A stretch of 64,000 nucleotides of DNA. Source: Candidatus Bathyarchaeota archaeon (lineage in GTDB: Archaea; Thermoproteota; Bathyarchaeia; TCS64). The position numbers and the translations under genes are program-made. Shown piece after piece: positions 9,141 to 19,185 of this stretch. Positions within the stretch are counted from its first letter, which is position 1. Each line of letters begins with the position of its first letter. Location of the stretch: the NCBI GenBank assembly GCA_016783455.1, contig JADHWN010000010.1, positions 2,913-66,912 on the forward strand. Reading direction: 5' to 3'. Below the pieces are notes generated by a model. That model had not been told where the DNA came from. It did no database searches and was given only the letters and a program-made list of their open reading frames with translations.

Positions 9141-9771
9141 CCTTTACTAGCTTGAGCCTCTCAGCCAGGGATATCCCTCTGCCCTCGGCTCGGGTCCTGC
9201 CTTCCCTGAGGGCGTCCAGGACCCCCTCGACGTCCCTGGAGTCCGATTCAAAAATAGTGTAAGCCCTCCCAACCGTCCTCGGAGTATGGGCGTCGCTCCC
9301 ACCGGTCTGGGGCAGCCCCAGCCTCTCCGCCAGCCCCCTGTTCTTCGCCAGCGTGTATCCGAAGGGGAACTGGTGGGCGTTGATCACCTCGACGCAGTCG
9401 AAGCCCGACCCCTCGATCTCCGTGCTGTCCACCCACGTCCTGAATACGGAGTAGGGATGGGCGATGACCGCTATGCCTCCCTGGGCGTGGATCCGGTCCA
9501 CCGTCTCCGGGATGGGTAGCTTCATGGGGATCGGCTCCTGGATGTCGAAGGCCAAGACGTGGGCTCCGTCGGCTGAGACCTCCATCCCCGGGATGATGAT
9601 CAACCCGCTGTCCTCGGAGAGTTCTCCGGGAATTTCAGCCAGGAAGTCGTGATCTGTGACGGCGAAGCCGTCTAGACCGTGCTCTTTCGTCTTGCGGACG
9701 GCGTCCTCCAGCTTCACGGAGCTGTCCACGCTTCTGGTGGTGTGGAGGTGGAGGTCCAAACGGAGCCGCAT
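9136..9771 (-). CDS. PHP-domain metal-dependent phosphoesterase
   Basis: DLHLHTTRSVD start motif, further His/Asp ligands (VTDHD, AHP, GGSDAH), 211 aa. Confidence 0.8.
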   Translation of the reverse strand: MRLRLDLHLHTTRSVDSSVKLEDAVRKTKEHGLDGFAVTDHDFLAEIPGELSEDSGLIIIPGMEVSADGAHVLAFDIQEPIPMKLPIPETVDRIHAQGGIAVIAHPYSVFRTWVDSTEIEGSGFDCVEVINAHQFPFGYTLAKNRGLAERLGLPQTGGSDAHTPRTVGRAYTIFESDSRDVEGVLDALREGRTRAEGRGISLAERLKLVKE

Positions 9772-9783
9772 CGCTAACCCCCT

Positions 9784-11418
9784 TCAGCCCGAGGCCTTGG
9801 CGATCCTATCGGCGACCATTTCCGAGAGCTCCTCGATGAGCTCGTCGGGTATCTGCTCGAAGATGGGCGACGGCTTCTCCAGGGGAGTCCCGGCCTTCAA
9901 GGGCTCCAGGGCCTCCGTGAGGGGCGTGTCGCTCCTGGGTTCTCCCAGCTGCCCCCAGACGGCCTCGGCCTTCCCGGGCATAACGGGCTCCATGAGCACG
10001 GCGAGGGCCTTGGTCAGCCAGAGGCAGTTGTGGATGGTGTTCTGCGCGGCCTCCGGGTCGGTCTTCATGAGGTTCCAGGGCTCCTTCGCCTGGAGGTACC
10101 TGTTCCCGTAGGAGGCCAGGGCGAGCACTGAGTCGACGACCTTCTTGAACTCGAACTCGTCCAGCCCCTCCCTGATTGCGGCGATGGCCTTCTCGACCTC
10201 CGCCCTCACCTCGCCCTCGACCTCCCCCTGGGGGATCTCCTTGTAGTTCCTCTGAGCGAACAGCAGCGCCCTGTACAGGAAGTTGCCGAGGGTGGCGACG
10301 AGCTCCTTGTTCACCTTGTCACCGTATGCCGACCACGCGAAGTCCAGGTCCCGTGTGAAGCCCGTGTAGGAGGCGACGTAGTAGCGGAGGGCGTCGGGGT
10401 CCAGCCCCCTGTCGAGGTAGTCCTCCTCGACCCAGATCACGTATCCCCGGCTCTTGCTGAAGACCTTCCCCTCCACCTTGACCATCCCCGAGGCGGCGAC
10501 GGCGTAGGGCACGTCGTATCCGGCTCCCTTGAGCATGCTGGGCCAGAAGAGGCAGTGATGGTAGACGATGTCCCCGCCGATGAAGTGGATGAGGTGGCCC
10601 GGGCCCTTCCAGTAGTACTCCCAGTCTCCCCCCGTCCTCTCCGCCCACTCCTCCGTTGAGGCGATGTATCCTATGGGGGCGTCCACCCAGACGTAGTAGA
10701 CGAGGCCCTCCTCGCCGGGGACCTTTACGCCCCAGTCGAGGTTCCTGGTGATGTTCCAGTCCTTGAGCCCCTTCTCCACCCACTGGATGGCGTAGTTCCG
10801 GGCGATGTCCGTCCCCTCCAAGTTTGGCAGGTAGCCCTTCAGGAAGTCCTCGAAGGCCGTGAGCTTGAGGAAGTAGTGTTTGGTCTCCTTCATCTCAGGC
10901 TTAGATCCGCAGATGCTGCACCGCGGGTCCATCAGCTCACCGGGCTCCAGGTAGCGGCCGCAGCCCTGGTCGCACTCGTCCCCCCTCGCGGAGGCACCGC
11001 AGTGGGGGCAGATCCCCCTCTGGTACCTGTCGGGGAGGAACCTGTCGCAGTTAGGGCAGTAGGGGAGTTTGATCTCCTTGGAGTAGACGTACCCGTTCTC
11101 CTGGTTGGCCTGGATGATCTGGATGGTGCGCGCGTGGTTGGAGGGGTGGTCCGTGCTCCCATAGTTGCTGAAGTTGATCCCCATCTTGGGGAAGAACTCT
11201 ACGAAGTGCTGGTGGTACTTCTCCATCACCTCAGTTGGGGATATCCCCTCCTCCTCGGCCTTCACCGTGATGGGGGTGCCGTGGGTGTCGGAGCCGCAGA
11301 TGAAGACGACCTCCTGCCCCATCTTCCTGAGAAACCTGACGAAGATATCCGCAGGCACGTACGTCCTCAGGTGGGCTATGTGGCAGGGTCCGTTAACGTA
11401 GGGGAGGCCACAGGTCAC
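9784..11418 (-). CDS. metG: methionyl-tRNA synthetase (core enzyme, no C-terminal appended domain)
   Basis: LPYVNGPCHIAHL (HIGH region), zinc knuckles CPNC..CPHC and CDQGC..CSIC, VFSKSRG (KMSKS region). The listed start is the GTG at 11416-11418, but homology appears to continue upstream (see findings). Confidence 0.9.
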   Translation of the reverse strand: MTCGLPYVNGPCHIAHLRTYVPADIFVRFLRKMGQEVVFICGSDTHGTPITVKAEEEGISPTEVMEKYHQHFVEFFPKMGINFSNYGSTDHPSNHARTIQIIQANQENGYVYSKEIKLPYCPNCDRFLPDRYQRGICPHCGASARGDECDQGCGRYLEPGELMDPRCSICGSKPEMKETKHYFLKLTAFEDFLKGYLPNLEGTDIARNYAIQWVEKGLKDWNITRNLDWGVKVPGEEGLVYYVWVDAPIGYIASTEEWAERTGGDWEYYWKGPGHLIHFIGGDIVYHHCLFWPSMLKGAGYDVPYAVAASGMVKVEGKVFSKSRGYVIWVEEDYLDRGLDPDALRYYVASYTGFTRDLDFAWSAYGDKVNKELVATLGNFLYRALLFAQRNYKEIPQGEVEGEVRAEVEKAIAAIREGLDEFEFKKVVDSVLALASYGNRYLQAKEPWNLMKTDPEAAQNTIHNCLWLTKALAVLMEPVMPGKAEAVWGQLGEPRSDTPLTEALEPLKAGTPLEKPSPIFEQIPDELIEELSEMVADRIAKASG

Positions 11419-11588
11419 TAGGACCGGCCTTTCCTTAGGGAACTTGTGTCCCGTATCACTATATTCTATGAGTTTAGAACACCTCTGTGTTTACTGTTAG
11501 AACCGGCATCTTGCTTATCTTTCTTTCCACGGGGCTAGTCTAACACTCAGGTGGAAAAATGGGCTTAAATACTAGGATCTAATGCAGT

Positions 11589-12335
11589 ATGGCGTGTGGA
11601 ATAACCATGTCCAACGCGCTTGACACCAAGAAGCTGACTCTGATGGCGGTGATGGCGGCGGTCTACACCGTGGGCAGCTTCCTCCCTGGTTTCCCCATGG
11701 TGGGAGCCACTGGGACCATTGACCTCGTCAGGGCCTTGGAGATGGGCTATGGCATCCTTCTGGGACCCATCTACGGTCCGATGGCGGCCTTCCTCGGGGC
11801 GCTGATAGGCAAGTTCCTGTCGGGAGGGGGCTTCGGAATGTTCATGATCCCCCTCGCCCCGGTCACAGCGTTCATAGCCGCCGCATTGAGCCGCCCCAAG
11901 GTCTTCAAGGTGAGGGGCTGGATGTATCCCGTGGCGATCATATCCGCGCTCTGCCTGGGATGGTATCTAACACCCACAGGTCGAGCCGTGTACTATTTCC
12001 CCGTCTGGCACCTGATAGGACTCGGGATAGTCCTCATCCTCCGAGGTAAGATGGCGGACCTGCTGCAATCGGAGAACAGGGGGCAGCTTACGTTGGGAAT
12101 CGCACTGAGCAGCTACGCTGCAACCATGGCGGGCCACATGTTGGGGAACCTGATCTTCATCGCCCTGGGGCCCTCCGTCCTAGGTCTCCCGTCCCCGGTC
12201 ATAACTTCGATATTCTCGGGGCTGTTCTATATCACTCCCATAGAGAGGCTAATGATAACGGTGCTGTCGACTCTGATCATGGCGCCCATAATCTACGTCG
12301 CGAGGAACATGTATCCGGAGCTGTTCCGAGGGTAA
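11589..12335 (+). CDS. polytopic membrane protein (ECF S-component-like at best)
   Basis: 248 aa, hydrophobic throughout with several predicted TM segments. Alternative start at MSNAL (11607). Family not recognised with confidence. Confidence 0.5.
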   Translation: MACGITMSNALDTKKLTLMAVMAAVYTVGSFLPGFPMVGATGTIDLVRALEMGYGILLGPIYGPMAAFLGALIGKFLSGGGFGMFMIPLAPVTAFIAAALSRPKVFKVRGWMYPVAIISALCLGWYLTPTGRAVYYFPVWHLIGLGIVLILRGKMADLLQSENRGQLTLGIALSSYAATMAGHMLGNLIFIALGPSVLGLPSPVITSIFSGLFYITPIERLMITVLSTLIMAPIIYVARNMYPELFRG

Positions 12336-12357
12336 GATACTCGATTAACCTCTTTCT

Positions 12358-13740
12358 TTAGTACTCGAGGTGGCTGAAAGGGTTAGATGGCTCATGCCAT
12401 ATCTCCCTTGCCTCCCCCACGAGGAACACTGACCCCACGACGATGACCATGCCCTCCTCCCCAGCGAGCTCTATGGCTCGAGTAACAGCCGCCCTCACGT
12501 CTCCCACGACCTCGTGGGTCTTGGAGTGCTTCTCCACCTCTGCGGCGATCCTCAAAGACTTGGCCGCACGCCCCATGACCCTGTGCGAGGTTATCACGAA
12601 GTGGTCGGCGACCTGGGCTATCTCCCCTATCATCTCGGTTATCTTCTTGTCGGAGGAGATGCTAACGACGGCGACTAGGCGGTCGTAGGTGAACTCGCTG
12701 AGGAGCGCCTCCTTCACCGCCCTAGCGGCTTTCACGTCCTTGGCACCGTCTAGCACCACGAGAGGCTTTGTCTGCATGACCTCCATCCTCCCCGGCCAGC
12801 TAACTTCCCTCAGCCCGCGGGCAATCGCGTCTCCGGCGACCTCCACACCATGGAACCTCAGGGCCTCAACGGCTCCCACGGCCGTGGCTGCGTTGAGGAG
12901 CTGGTGGTCCCCTATTAGGGGAAGTGTGAGTCTCTCGTAGCTGCGGGAGAGGCCGTTTAGATTGAATGTCTGCCCCTCGTAGCTGGAGCCAAGCTTCTGG
13001 AACGTGATGTCCGTGCCTACCCAGAAAATCCTGGAGCCCACGTCCCCGCAAATCTCCTGGAAGAGGCGGTAGACGTCGTCGTCCGCGGTCGCGGTGATCA
13101 GCACGCCCCCCTCCTTGACGATGCCGGCCTTCTTCTCCGCTATCTCCAGCACCGTGTCCCCGAGGACCTCCGTGTGCTCCAGGCTCACGTTGGTGATGAC
13201 GGAGACCTGGGCCTTCACGACGTTGGTGGCGTCTAGCCTGCCTCCCATGCCCACCTCGAGGACGGCGTAGTCCACCCCCTCCTCGGAGAAGTGCTTGAAG
13301 GCGATAGCGGTGATTATCTCGAAGAACGTGGGGTGCCTCAGCTCCGGGTCCTCGGCCATCTCCTCGCAGAGGGGCCTCACCTCCTCGATGAGCCTGACGA
13401 CCTCCTCGACGAGGATCTGGACCCCGTTTATCTGGATGCGCTCCGTGAACGTCGAGAGATGCGGAGACGTGAACATCCCGACCCTATACCCGGCCTCCCC
13501 CAGGATGGAGGCTATCATGGCCGTGGTGGAGCCCTTTCCGTTTGTGCCGGTCACGTGGATGGACCTAAAATCCTCGTGGGGGTCTCCTATCTGGGCCAGG
13601 AGGTGCCTCACGTAGTCCAGCCCCAGCTTGGAGCCGAACCTCCTCACGGCGAAGAGCCATTCTATGTGATCCCTATACCTCTTCTCGAGGTCCGTAAGCC
13701 CATCCGCGGCCAAATAACGTGCGCCTCGACTATTGACCAA
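12358..13740 (-). CDS. folC: folylpolyglutamate synthase/dihydrofolate synthase (Mur-ligase family)
   Basis: HVTGTNGKGST P-loop and Mur ligase middle and C-terminal domain layout, 460 aa. Confidence 0.8.
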   Translation of the reverse strand: MVNSRGARYLAADGLTDLEKRYRDHIEWLFAVRRFGSKLGLDYVRHLLAQIGDPHEDFRSIHVTGTNGKGSTTAMIASILGEAGYRVGMFTSPHLSTFTERIQINGVQILVEEVVRLIEEVRPLCEEMAEDPELRHPTFFEIITAIAFKHFSEEGVDYAVLEVGMGGRLDATNVVKAQVSVITNVSLEHTEVLGDTVLEIAEKKAGIVKEGGVLITATADDDVYRLFQEICGDVGSRIFWVGTDITFQKLGSSYEGQTFNLNGLSRSYERLTLPLIGDHQLLNAATAVGAVEALRFHGVEVAGDAIARGLREVSWPGRMEVMQTKPLVVLDGAKDVKAARAVKEALLSEFTYDRLVAVVSISSDKKITEMIGEIAQVADHFVITSHRVMGRAAKSLRIAAEVEKHSKTHEVVGDVRAAVTRAIELAGEEGMVIVVGSVFLVGEAREIWHEPSNPFSHLEY

Positions 13741-13804
13741 TTCAGGGGTTATTTAAATACAGGGGCTGGGGATCACGCAGGAAGCCGAGTCTTCTTGTCA
13801 ACGA

Positions 13805-14827
13805 CTAGGCGTCTCCGGTTAGCCTCTCGATCTCCTCATGGAATTGCCCCCTTAGCCTCATCTTCACCTCGTCGGGTAGGAAGGCGGAGTCCACAGCGTT
13901 GAGGCTGATCTGGAAAAGCTCCGGAACCGTGAAGCCCAGCTGCGCGTGGAGCTGGACGTACTCGTTGTTCATGTCGGTGCCAAACATCGACGGGTCATCG
14001 CTGTTCACGGTGACCCTTATACCGCCGTCGTAGAAGGTCCGAACGGGGTGCTCCCTCACAGATGGGACCGCATTGGTCCTCACGTTGCTCATGGGGCAGG
14101 TCTCGACGGTGACACCGTTGTCCCTGAGATAAGCCATGAGATCCGGGTCCTTGACGGCGGATGTACCGTGGCCTATCCTCTCCACGCCGAGCTTCTCAAC
14201 GGCTCCCCAAATGCTCTCAGGTCCCGCAGCCTCCCCTGCGTGGGCGACCAAATGCAGTCCCATCTCCCTCGCTCTATTGTACACGGGCTCATAGGGCTCA
14301 GGGGGGAACCCCCTCTCAGAGCCGCCGATGTCGACGGCGACGACGTTATCCCCTTTTTCCTCTATCCAGTTCAGGACTTCCATGCCATAGTCCGGGCCGT
14401 AGTTGCGGACGAGATCGATCCTGAGGTCGCACTCTATCCCGAAGTCTTCCCTAGCCCTCCGGACACCACGGTTGATGGCGTCAACCATGAGCCCGTAATC
14501 CAGCCCCTGCCGGACGTGGTCCGGGGCCGAGAAGCTGGCCTCCACGTACCTGACGTTGCAGCGGGCGTCGTCCTCCAGCATCTCGTACGTGACACGCTCG
14601 AACTGCCCCTCGTCCACGATGAACTTGCTCACCATGCTGTAGACGGAGATGAAGTGGTCGAAGTCACTGTACTGGAAGAATCTTTCGACCTCCTCGAGGT
14701 TCTCGAAGGGGGCGTCCCGGCCGCTCTCCTCCATCAGCCAGAGGAGGGTCTCGGGGCGAGTGGCGCCCACGATATGGATATGTTGCTCGGCCTTCGGGAG
14801 GGCCCTAATCAGCTCCAGCGTGTCCAT
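13805..14827 (-). CDS. add: adenosine deaminase
   Basis: LPKAEQHIHIVG (HxH metal site), VAHAGE, TVNSDDP motifs, 340 aa. Confidence 0.9.
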   Translation of the reverse strand: MDTLELIRALPKAEQHIHIVGATRPETLLWLMEESGRDAPFENLEEVERFFQYSDFDHFISVYSMVSKFIVDEGQFERVTYEMLEDDARCNVRYVEASFSAPDHVRQGLDYGLMVDAINRGVRRAREDFGIECDLRIDLVRNYGPDYGMEVLNWIEEKGDNVVAVDIGGSERGFPPEPYEPVYNRAREMGLHLVAHAGEAAGPESIWGAVEKLGVERIGHGTSAVKDPDLMAYLRDNGVTVETCPMSNVRTNAVPSVREHPVRTFYDGGIRVTVNSDDPSMFGTDMNNEYVQLHAQLGFTVPELFQISLNAVDSAFLPDEVKMRLRGQFHEEIERLTGDA

Positions 14828-14931
14828 GAGATGAGTTGGGCCGCGCTGGATAAGTAAATTATGGCATCGGGTTCTGGGATAACGATGTGAAAATCAAAAG
14901 ACATATTCACCTAGCCGTTCTAGATGAAAAT

Positions 14932-16098
14932 ATGAAAACCCGTCTTCTGGTCCTATTGATTTTAATCTCAGTTACATTTCCAGTTCCCGTCCAAGCGCTG
15001 GACTACGAAGCGTACATCAGCCTGGATTTCCTGTTCTGGCCTGCAGCCGACTTCCAGCAGATGGAACTGGGGGAGACGTACTACTTCGACGTCAGCGTCA
15101 TGAACGGTGGCCTGAACGTAAGGGAGGGGGATGCGTTGAATTCCCTCGAGCCCCAGGTCAAGTTTGATGGAAAACTTATCCTCTTCGTCTCATCCACGTT
15201 CAGGAGGGAGGGGAGTTACAGCCAGGGGGGTGAGGTTGTCCAGTACCAGCACCTGGTTCACAGCCGTGACGAGAGCTACGAGGTGGTCTTCCCCGGCGTG
15301 GGGGGGTCGAACACCCTCATGTTCCTGCGCGAGATAGACTACGGCTACGATCTGGAGGACGTCGACTTGGACGAGTGGGTGACCCTGACCATCGACGCCT
15401 CCCTCTACTTCAAGGAGTACGCCCTTGTCGGGGGCCAGAAGGTCTACCGTTTCGATAAGAAGATCACCGAGGCCCACATGAAGTACTACGTTACGAGCCC
15501 GGACAAGGTGGACTACGTGGAGGCAGCGATAGACCTCGTGGGAGCGGACTTGGCTGCAGCCTCGGAGAGGATATCCGCCATCGAGTCCGACCTCGGCACG
15601 ACCCTAACCGTCGACCTCAGCGACTACGAGGCGCAGTACTCCACGATGAGATCCCAGTACGACTCCGGCGACTACATCTCAGCCCTTGCGGGGGCCGAAG
15701 CCTACAACTCCACCTGGAGGGGGGACCTCATCGAGGTGATGCAGCAGAGGGTTGAGGACATCCGGCCCATCGAGCAGCTCCTGGAGGCGAAGGACGTCGA
15801 GATCGCCGACCTCAACGAGTACTACACGAGCCAGATCGAGGCGCTCGAGGAGGACTACTCTGAGCAGCTCTCGACGCAGCTCGAAGACTACACCCTGGAG
15901 GTGAGCGAACTGACGGAGGAGAAGGGGAGATACGAGAGGCTATACCTGAACTCCACGGCGCTCTACGACGCTGAGGTCGATAACCTGAGAGCTGACCTCT
16001 CCGCGGTCAGGTCGAACAACAGGGTGTACCTGCTCCTCATCGTGGCGTTCCTAGGGGTGTTCATCATGTTGATATGGCGTATAATCCGCCGCAGATGA
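14932..16098 (+). CDS. hypothetical secreted/anchored protein with coiled-coil region and C-terminal TM helix
   Basis: ATG 14932 gives the signal-like N-terminus MKTRLLVLLILISV. The central to C-terminal part is Glu/Leu-rich and heptad-like. Ends with the hydrophobic anchor LLLIVAFLGVFIMLIW followed by RIIRRR. Confidence 0.55.
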   Translation: MKTRLLVLLILISVTFPVPVQALDYEAYISLDFLFWPAADFQQMELGETYYFDVSVMNGGLNVREGDALNSLEPQVKFDGKLILFVSSTFRREGSYSQGGEVVQYQHLVHSRDESYEVVFPGVGGSNTLMFLREIDYGYDLEDVDLDEWVTLTIDASLYFKEYALVGGQKVYRFDKKITEAHMKYYVTSPDKVDYVEAAIDLVGADLAAASERISAIESDLGTTLTVDLSDYEAQYSTMRSQYDSGDYISALAGAEAYNSTWRGDLIEVMQQRVEDIRPIEQLLEAKDVEIADLNEYYTSQIEALEEDYSEQLSTQLEDYTLEVSELTEEKGRYERLYLNSTALYDAEVDNLRADLSAVRSNNRVYLLLIVAFLGVFIMLIWRIIRRR

Positions 16099-16110
16099 CA
16101 GAGGTGCCTT

Positions 16111-17340
16111 CTACCCCTCTTCAGCGGGTCCGTTCGCTCCTCCATATGTCTCCTTGAGGAACAGGGCTGAGACAGCGACGAGAGCTATCCCGGCGACCAC
16201 GACTATCGCATTTGAAACGAGGTAGCCCCCCGTAATGTCCACGAGGTAGCCGTAGATGGGGTTCATCACGGAGAACGCGAGGGTCCCCATCCCATTGACG
16301 ATTCCCATCCCGACGCCGGCGACTTCAGGGGGAAGTGTCTCGGGGACCATGGAGAAGAGGAGGACCCACGCGGAGAGGGTGAAGCCCAGGACCCCAGCCA
16401 GGACGGCGTAGACGACTGGAGGGGTCCCCGGGGGCATCAGGATGAGCGCGATCAGCGCGATAGTCGATGCCGCATAGAAGACGACGAGGGGGAGCTTCCT
16501 CTTCCTGAGACGGTCCGAGATAACCCCTATCAGGATGCAGCCTGGTATCCCCGTGATGGTGCCGGCGCTGGAGACGAGGCCCACCTCGATGTACGAGATC
16601 CCACGTGTGTCCGTCAGCCACTGGGGGAGCCACGTCATGAACATCCAGAACAGGCTGAGGAGAACGTAGGAGGCGAGGAACGGGTAGAGCTTCCTGTCCT
16701 TAAGCACCGTCTTCAGCGATTGAAGGATCGACGTGTTGGCCTTCTCCTGGACGTGGTTCACGCCGTCAGGGCTGTTCCTCACGATGAGGAAGTTGGCGAC
16801 GAAGTTCACGACCATCAGGACCGCGCAGTAGAGGTACAGGGTCCGCCAACCCCCAAGGTAGGTCATCGCGAGGGGGAACCCCATGTAGGCAGCGAAGTTA
16901 CCGACGCCGCTGGAGGCGCTGAGGACGCCTATGGCACTTGCTCGCCTCTCCTGGGGGAACCAGCTGGAGATCATCCTGACCGCGTTGATGTAGAAGACAC
17001 TTGAGCCCAGCCCAACGAGGAGCTGGGCGGCGATGAGGAGCCCGAGGCTTCGAGCCATGTAGAAGAGGACGGAGCCGATGACTGTGAAGACGGTGAACCC
17101 GATGATGGTCCGCCGGGGGCCCAGAGTGTCGGAGAGGATGCCCGACGGGATCTGCATCAGGGCGTAGAGGAAGAAGTATGACGAGAAGAGGAGGCCCGCG
17201 ACGCCGTGGGTTAAACCGAACTCCTCTATTAGGATGGGGGAGAGCGCCGAGGGTCCCGCCCTGAGGAAGTTCTCCGTGAAGTAGGTGATGCAGACCGTTG
17301 CCAGTATGAGCAGGCCGTATCTGGAGGGCTCCTTAGCCAT
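16111..17340 (-). CDS. MFS transporter
   Basis: 409 aa, about 12 hydrophobic segments, MFS loop motif LSDTLGPRR. Confidence 0.85.
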   Translation of the reverse strand: MAKEPSRYGLLILATVCITYFTENFLRAGPSALSPILIEEFGLTHGVAGLLFSSYFFLYALMQIPSGILSDTLGPRRTIIGFTVFTVIGSVLFYMARSLGLLIAAQLLVGLGSSVFYINAVRMISSWFPQERRASAIGVLSASSGVGNFAAYMGFPLAMTYLGGWRTLYLYCAVLMVVNFVANFLIVRNSPDGVNHVQEKANTSILQSLKTVLKDRKLYPFLASYVLLSLFWMFMTWLPQWLTDTRGISYIEVGLVSSAGTITGIPGCILIGVISDRLRKRKLPLVVFYAASTIALIALILMPPGTPPVVYAVLAGVLGFTLSAWVLLFSMVPETLPPEVAGVGMGIVNGMGTLAFSVMNPIYGYLVDITGGYLVSNAIVVVAGIALVAVSALFLKETYGGANGPAEEG

Positions 17341-17433
17341 GAGATCCGAATACCGACGGGGAGCCTCTTAAGGATTACCGGACATCGGAAAAGGTTAAAC
17401 AACGTTCGACCAGAGTAGGATGGTGTACCGGAG

Positions 17434-18231
17434 ATGACCGAGGAGCACTCAGCGGAGATAGCCATCATCGGCGGCACGGGGGTCTACGACCCCGAGATCA
17501 TAGAGGACTCCCGGGAGGTGAAGGTATATACCCCCTACGGGGCCCCTTCGGATCTCGTCAGCCTGGGCACCTACGAGGGGAAGAGGGTCGCATTCATCCC
17601 ACGCCACGGCAGGGGCCACCAGATACCCCCCCACATGATCAACGCCCGGGCCAACATCTGGGCCCTCAAGGAGCTGGGGGTGAAGTCCATCGTCGCCTCC
17701 TCCGCCGTGGGGAGCCTCAGGGAGGATTACGCCCCTGGGGACTTGGTCATTACCGACCAGTTCATAGACCGCACCAAGAAGAGGCTGGACACCTTCTACG
17801 AGGGGGGGCAGCTCTGTCACATCTCCTCAGCGGACCCCATCTGCCCGGAGCTCCACGACTTCTACGTGGACCACGCGGGGAAGCTGGGGCTCAAGGTCCA
17901 TCCGACGGGGACATACGTCTGCGTCGAGGGGCCTCGCTTCTCGACTCGGGCCGAGTCCCGCCTGTTCCGCCAGTGGGAGGCAGACATCATCGGGATGACC
18001 CTCTACCCCGAGTGCGTCCTCGCCCGGGAGGCCGAGATCTGCTACGTCTCGGTGGCGATGGTCACCGACTACGACGTCTGGGCAGACAAGCCAGTCTCGA
18101 CCCACGAGATACTGGATACCCTGGGGAAGAACTCGGCAAACTTCAGAAGGCTGATCATGGAGTCGATACCCGACATCCCCGAGGAGAGGAACTGCGGCTG
18201 CTGCGAGGCGCTGAAATACGCCAATCTCTAG
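17434..18231 (+). CDS. mtnP: S-methyl-5'-thioadenosine phosphorylase
   Basis: IAIIGGTGVY, FIPRHGRGH, MTLYPE and overall PNP/MTAP family pattern, 265 aa. Confidence 0.9.
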   Translation: MTEEHSAEIAIIGGTGVYDPEIIEDSREVKVYTPYGAPSDLVSLGTYEGKRVAFIPRHGRGHQIPPHMINARANIWALKELGVKSIVASSAVGSLREDYAPGDLVITDQFIDRTKKRLDTFYEGGQLCHISSADPICPELHDFYVDHAGKLGLKVHPTGTYVCVEGPRFSTRAESRLFRQWEADIIGMTLYPECVLAREAEICYVSVAMVTDYDVWADKPVSTHEILDTLGKNSANFRRLIMESIPDIPEERNCGCCEALKYANL

Positions 18232-18339
18232 CATTATGTCTCCTCGATTGGAGATGGAATACGTATACAGATCTGGGGTCGATACGTCCGAGACAATAGG
18301 TTTCTTATTTCAATTCGCACCAGTTGAGAGGGAAGGTCA

Positions 18340-19167
18340 ATGACCGAGAGCTACGACATGAGGGCCGTGGCCCCAACCGTCTGCAGGGTCCTAGGAGTGC
18401 GTCCGCCCAGAAGGGCAGAGATAGGACCCCTAACGGAGGTCGTGGAGACCATGGGGGTCCAGAGGCGGCTCGTCGTCGTGGTCATCGACGCCTTCGGGGC
18501 CTCCACATGGGTGGTTGCCAGGACCGAGACCCCGACGATAAACGCCCTGGCGAACAGGCACCTGGTACACATCAGGTCCGTGATGCCCACAGTGACACCT
18601 GTGAACTTCGCCACGATGCTGACGGGTGTCGGCCCGAAGGTCCACCTCATAAAGAGAAGGGAGGAGAAGCTGGTCCTAGAGACGGTCTTCGACGTCCTCC
18701 GGGGGAGAGGGAGAGAGTCCGCCACAGCCGCCCGCTCCGAGAGCAGCCTCGGCATCCTGATCTCCCCCCATGCCGACCACCATGGGCTGGCCAAGTCCAA
18801 CAGGGATGAGGACGTGAAGGATCTGGCAGTAGAGGCGATTATGGGAGGCGTCGACCTCCTCTGGGTGCAGCTCCTGGACGTCGATGATGCAGGTCATCAG
18901 CACGGGCCGCTGAGCTCCCAGGGGGTCTCGGCAGCCGGCCAGGCCGACCTCCACCTGAAGGAGATCGCCACTGCAGCGTACAGGGAGGGCTACGCCATCA
19001 TGGTCCTGGCGGATCACGGGCAGCACACGACCAATGAAGACGGATCAACAGGGGGGACCCACGGGACCGACGCTGACGAGGACGTCTACGTCCCCTTCAT
19101 CTGGTGCAACGTGAGGGAGATAGGGGACGCCCTGGGGTTGGCCAACAACGGTGTCTCCGTGATATAG
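18340..19167 (+). CDS. alkaline-phosphatase-superfamily protein (type I phosphodiesterase/nucleotide pyrophosphatase-like)
   Basis: VVVIDAFG, MPTVTPVNFATMLTG (nucleophile Thr region), DDAGHQHG and LADHGQH metal-ligand motifs. Confidence 0.7.
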   Translation: MTESYDMRAVAPTVCRVLGVRPPRRAEIGPLTEVVETMGVQRRLVVVVIDAFGASTWVVARTETPTINALANRHLVHIRSVMPTVTPVNFATMLTGVGPKVHLIKRREEKLVLETVFDVLRGRGRESATAARSESSLGILISPHADHHGLAKSNRDEDVKDLAVEAIMGGVDLLWVQLLDVDDAGHQHGPLSSQGVSAAGQADLHLKEIATAAYREGYAIMVLADHGQHTTNEDGSTGGTHGTDADEDVYVPFIWCNVREIGDALGLANNGVSVI

Positions 19168-19185
19168 TATGTTGGGAGGCCTAGA

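Noticed and set aside
13805-14827. Adenosine deaminase as part of a RADAR-like defence system.
   Set aside because: It is an ordinary 340-aa housekeeping Add with canonical motifs. No large ATPase partner is present, and the neighbours are folC and a hypothetical secreted protein.
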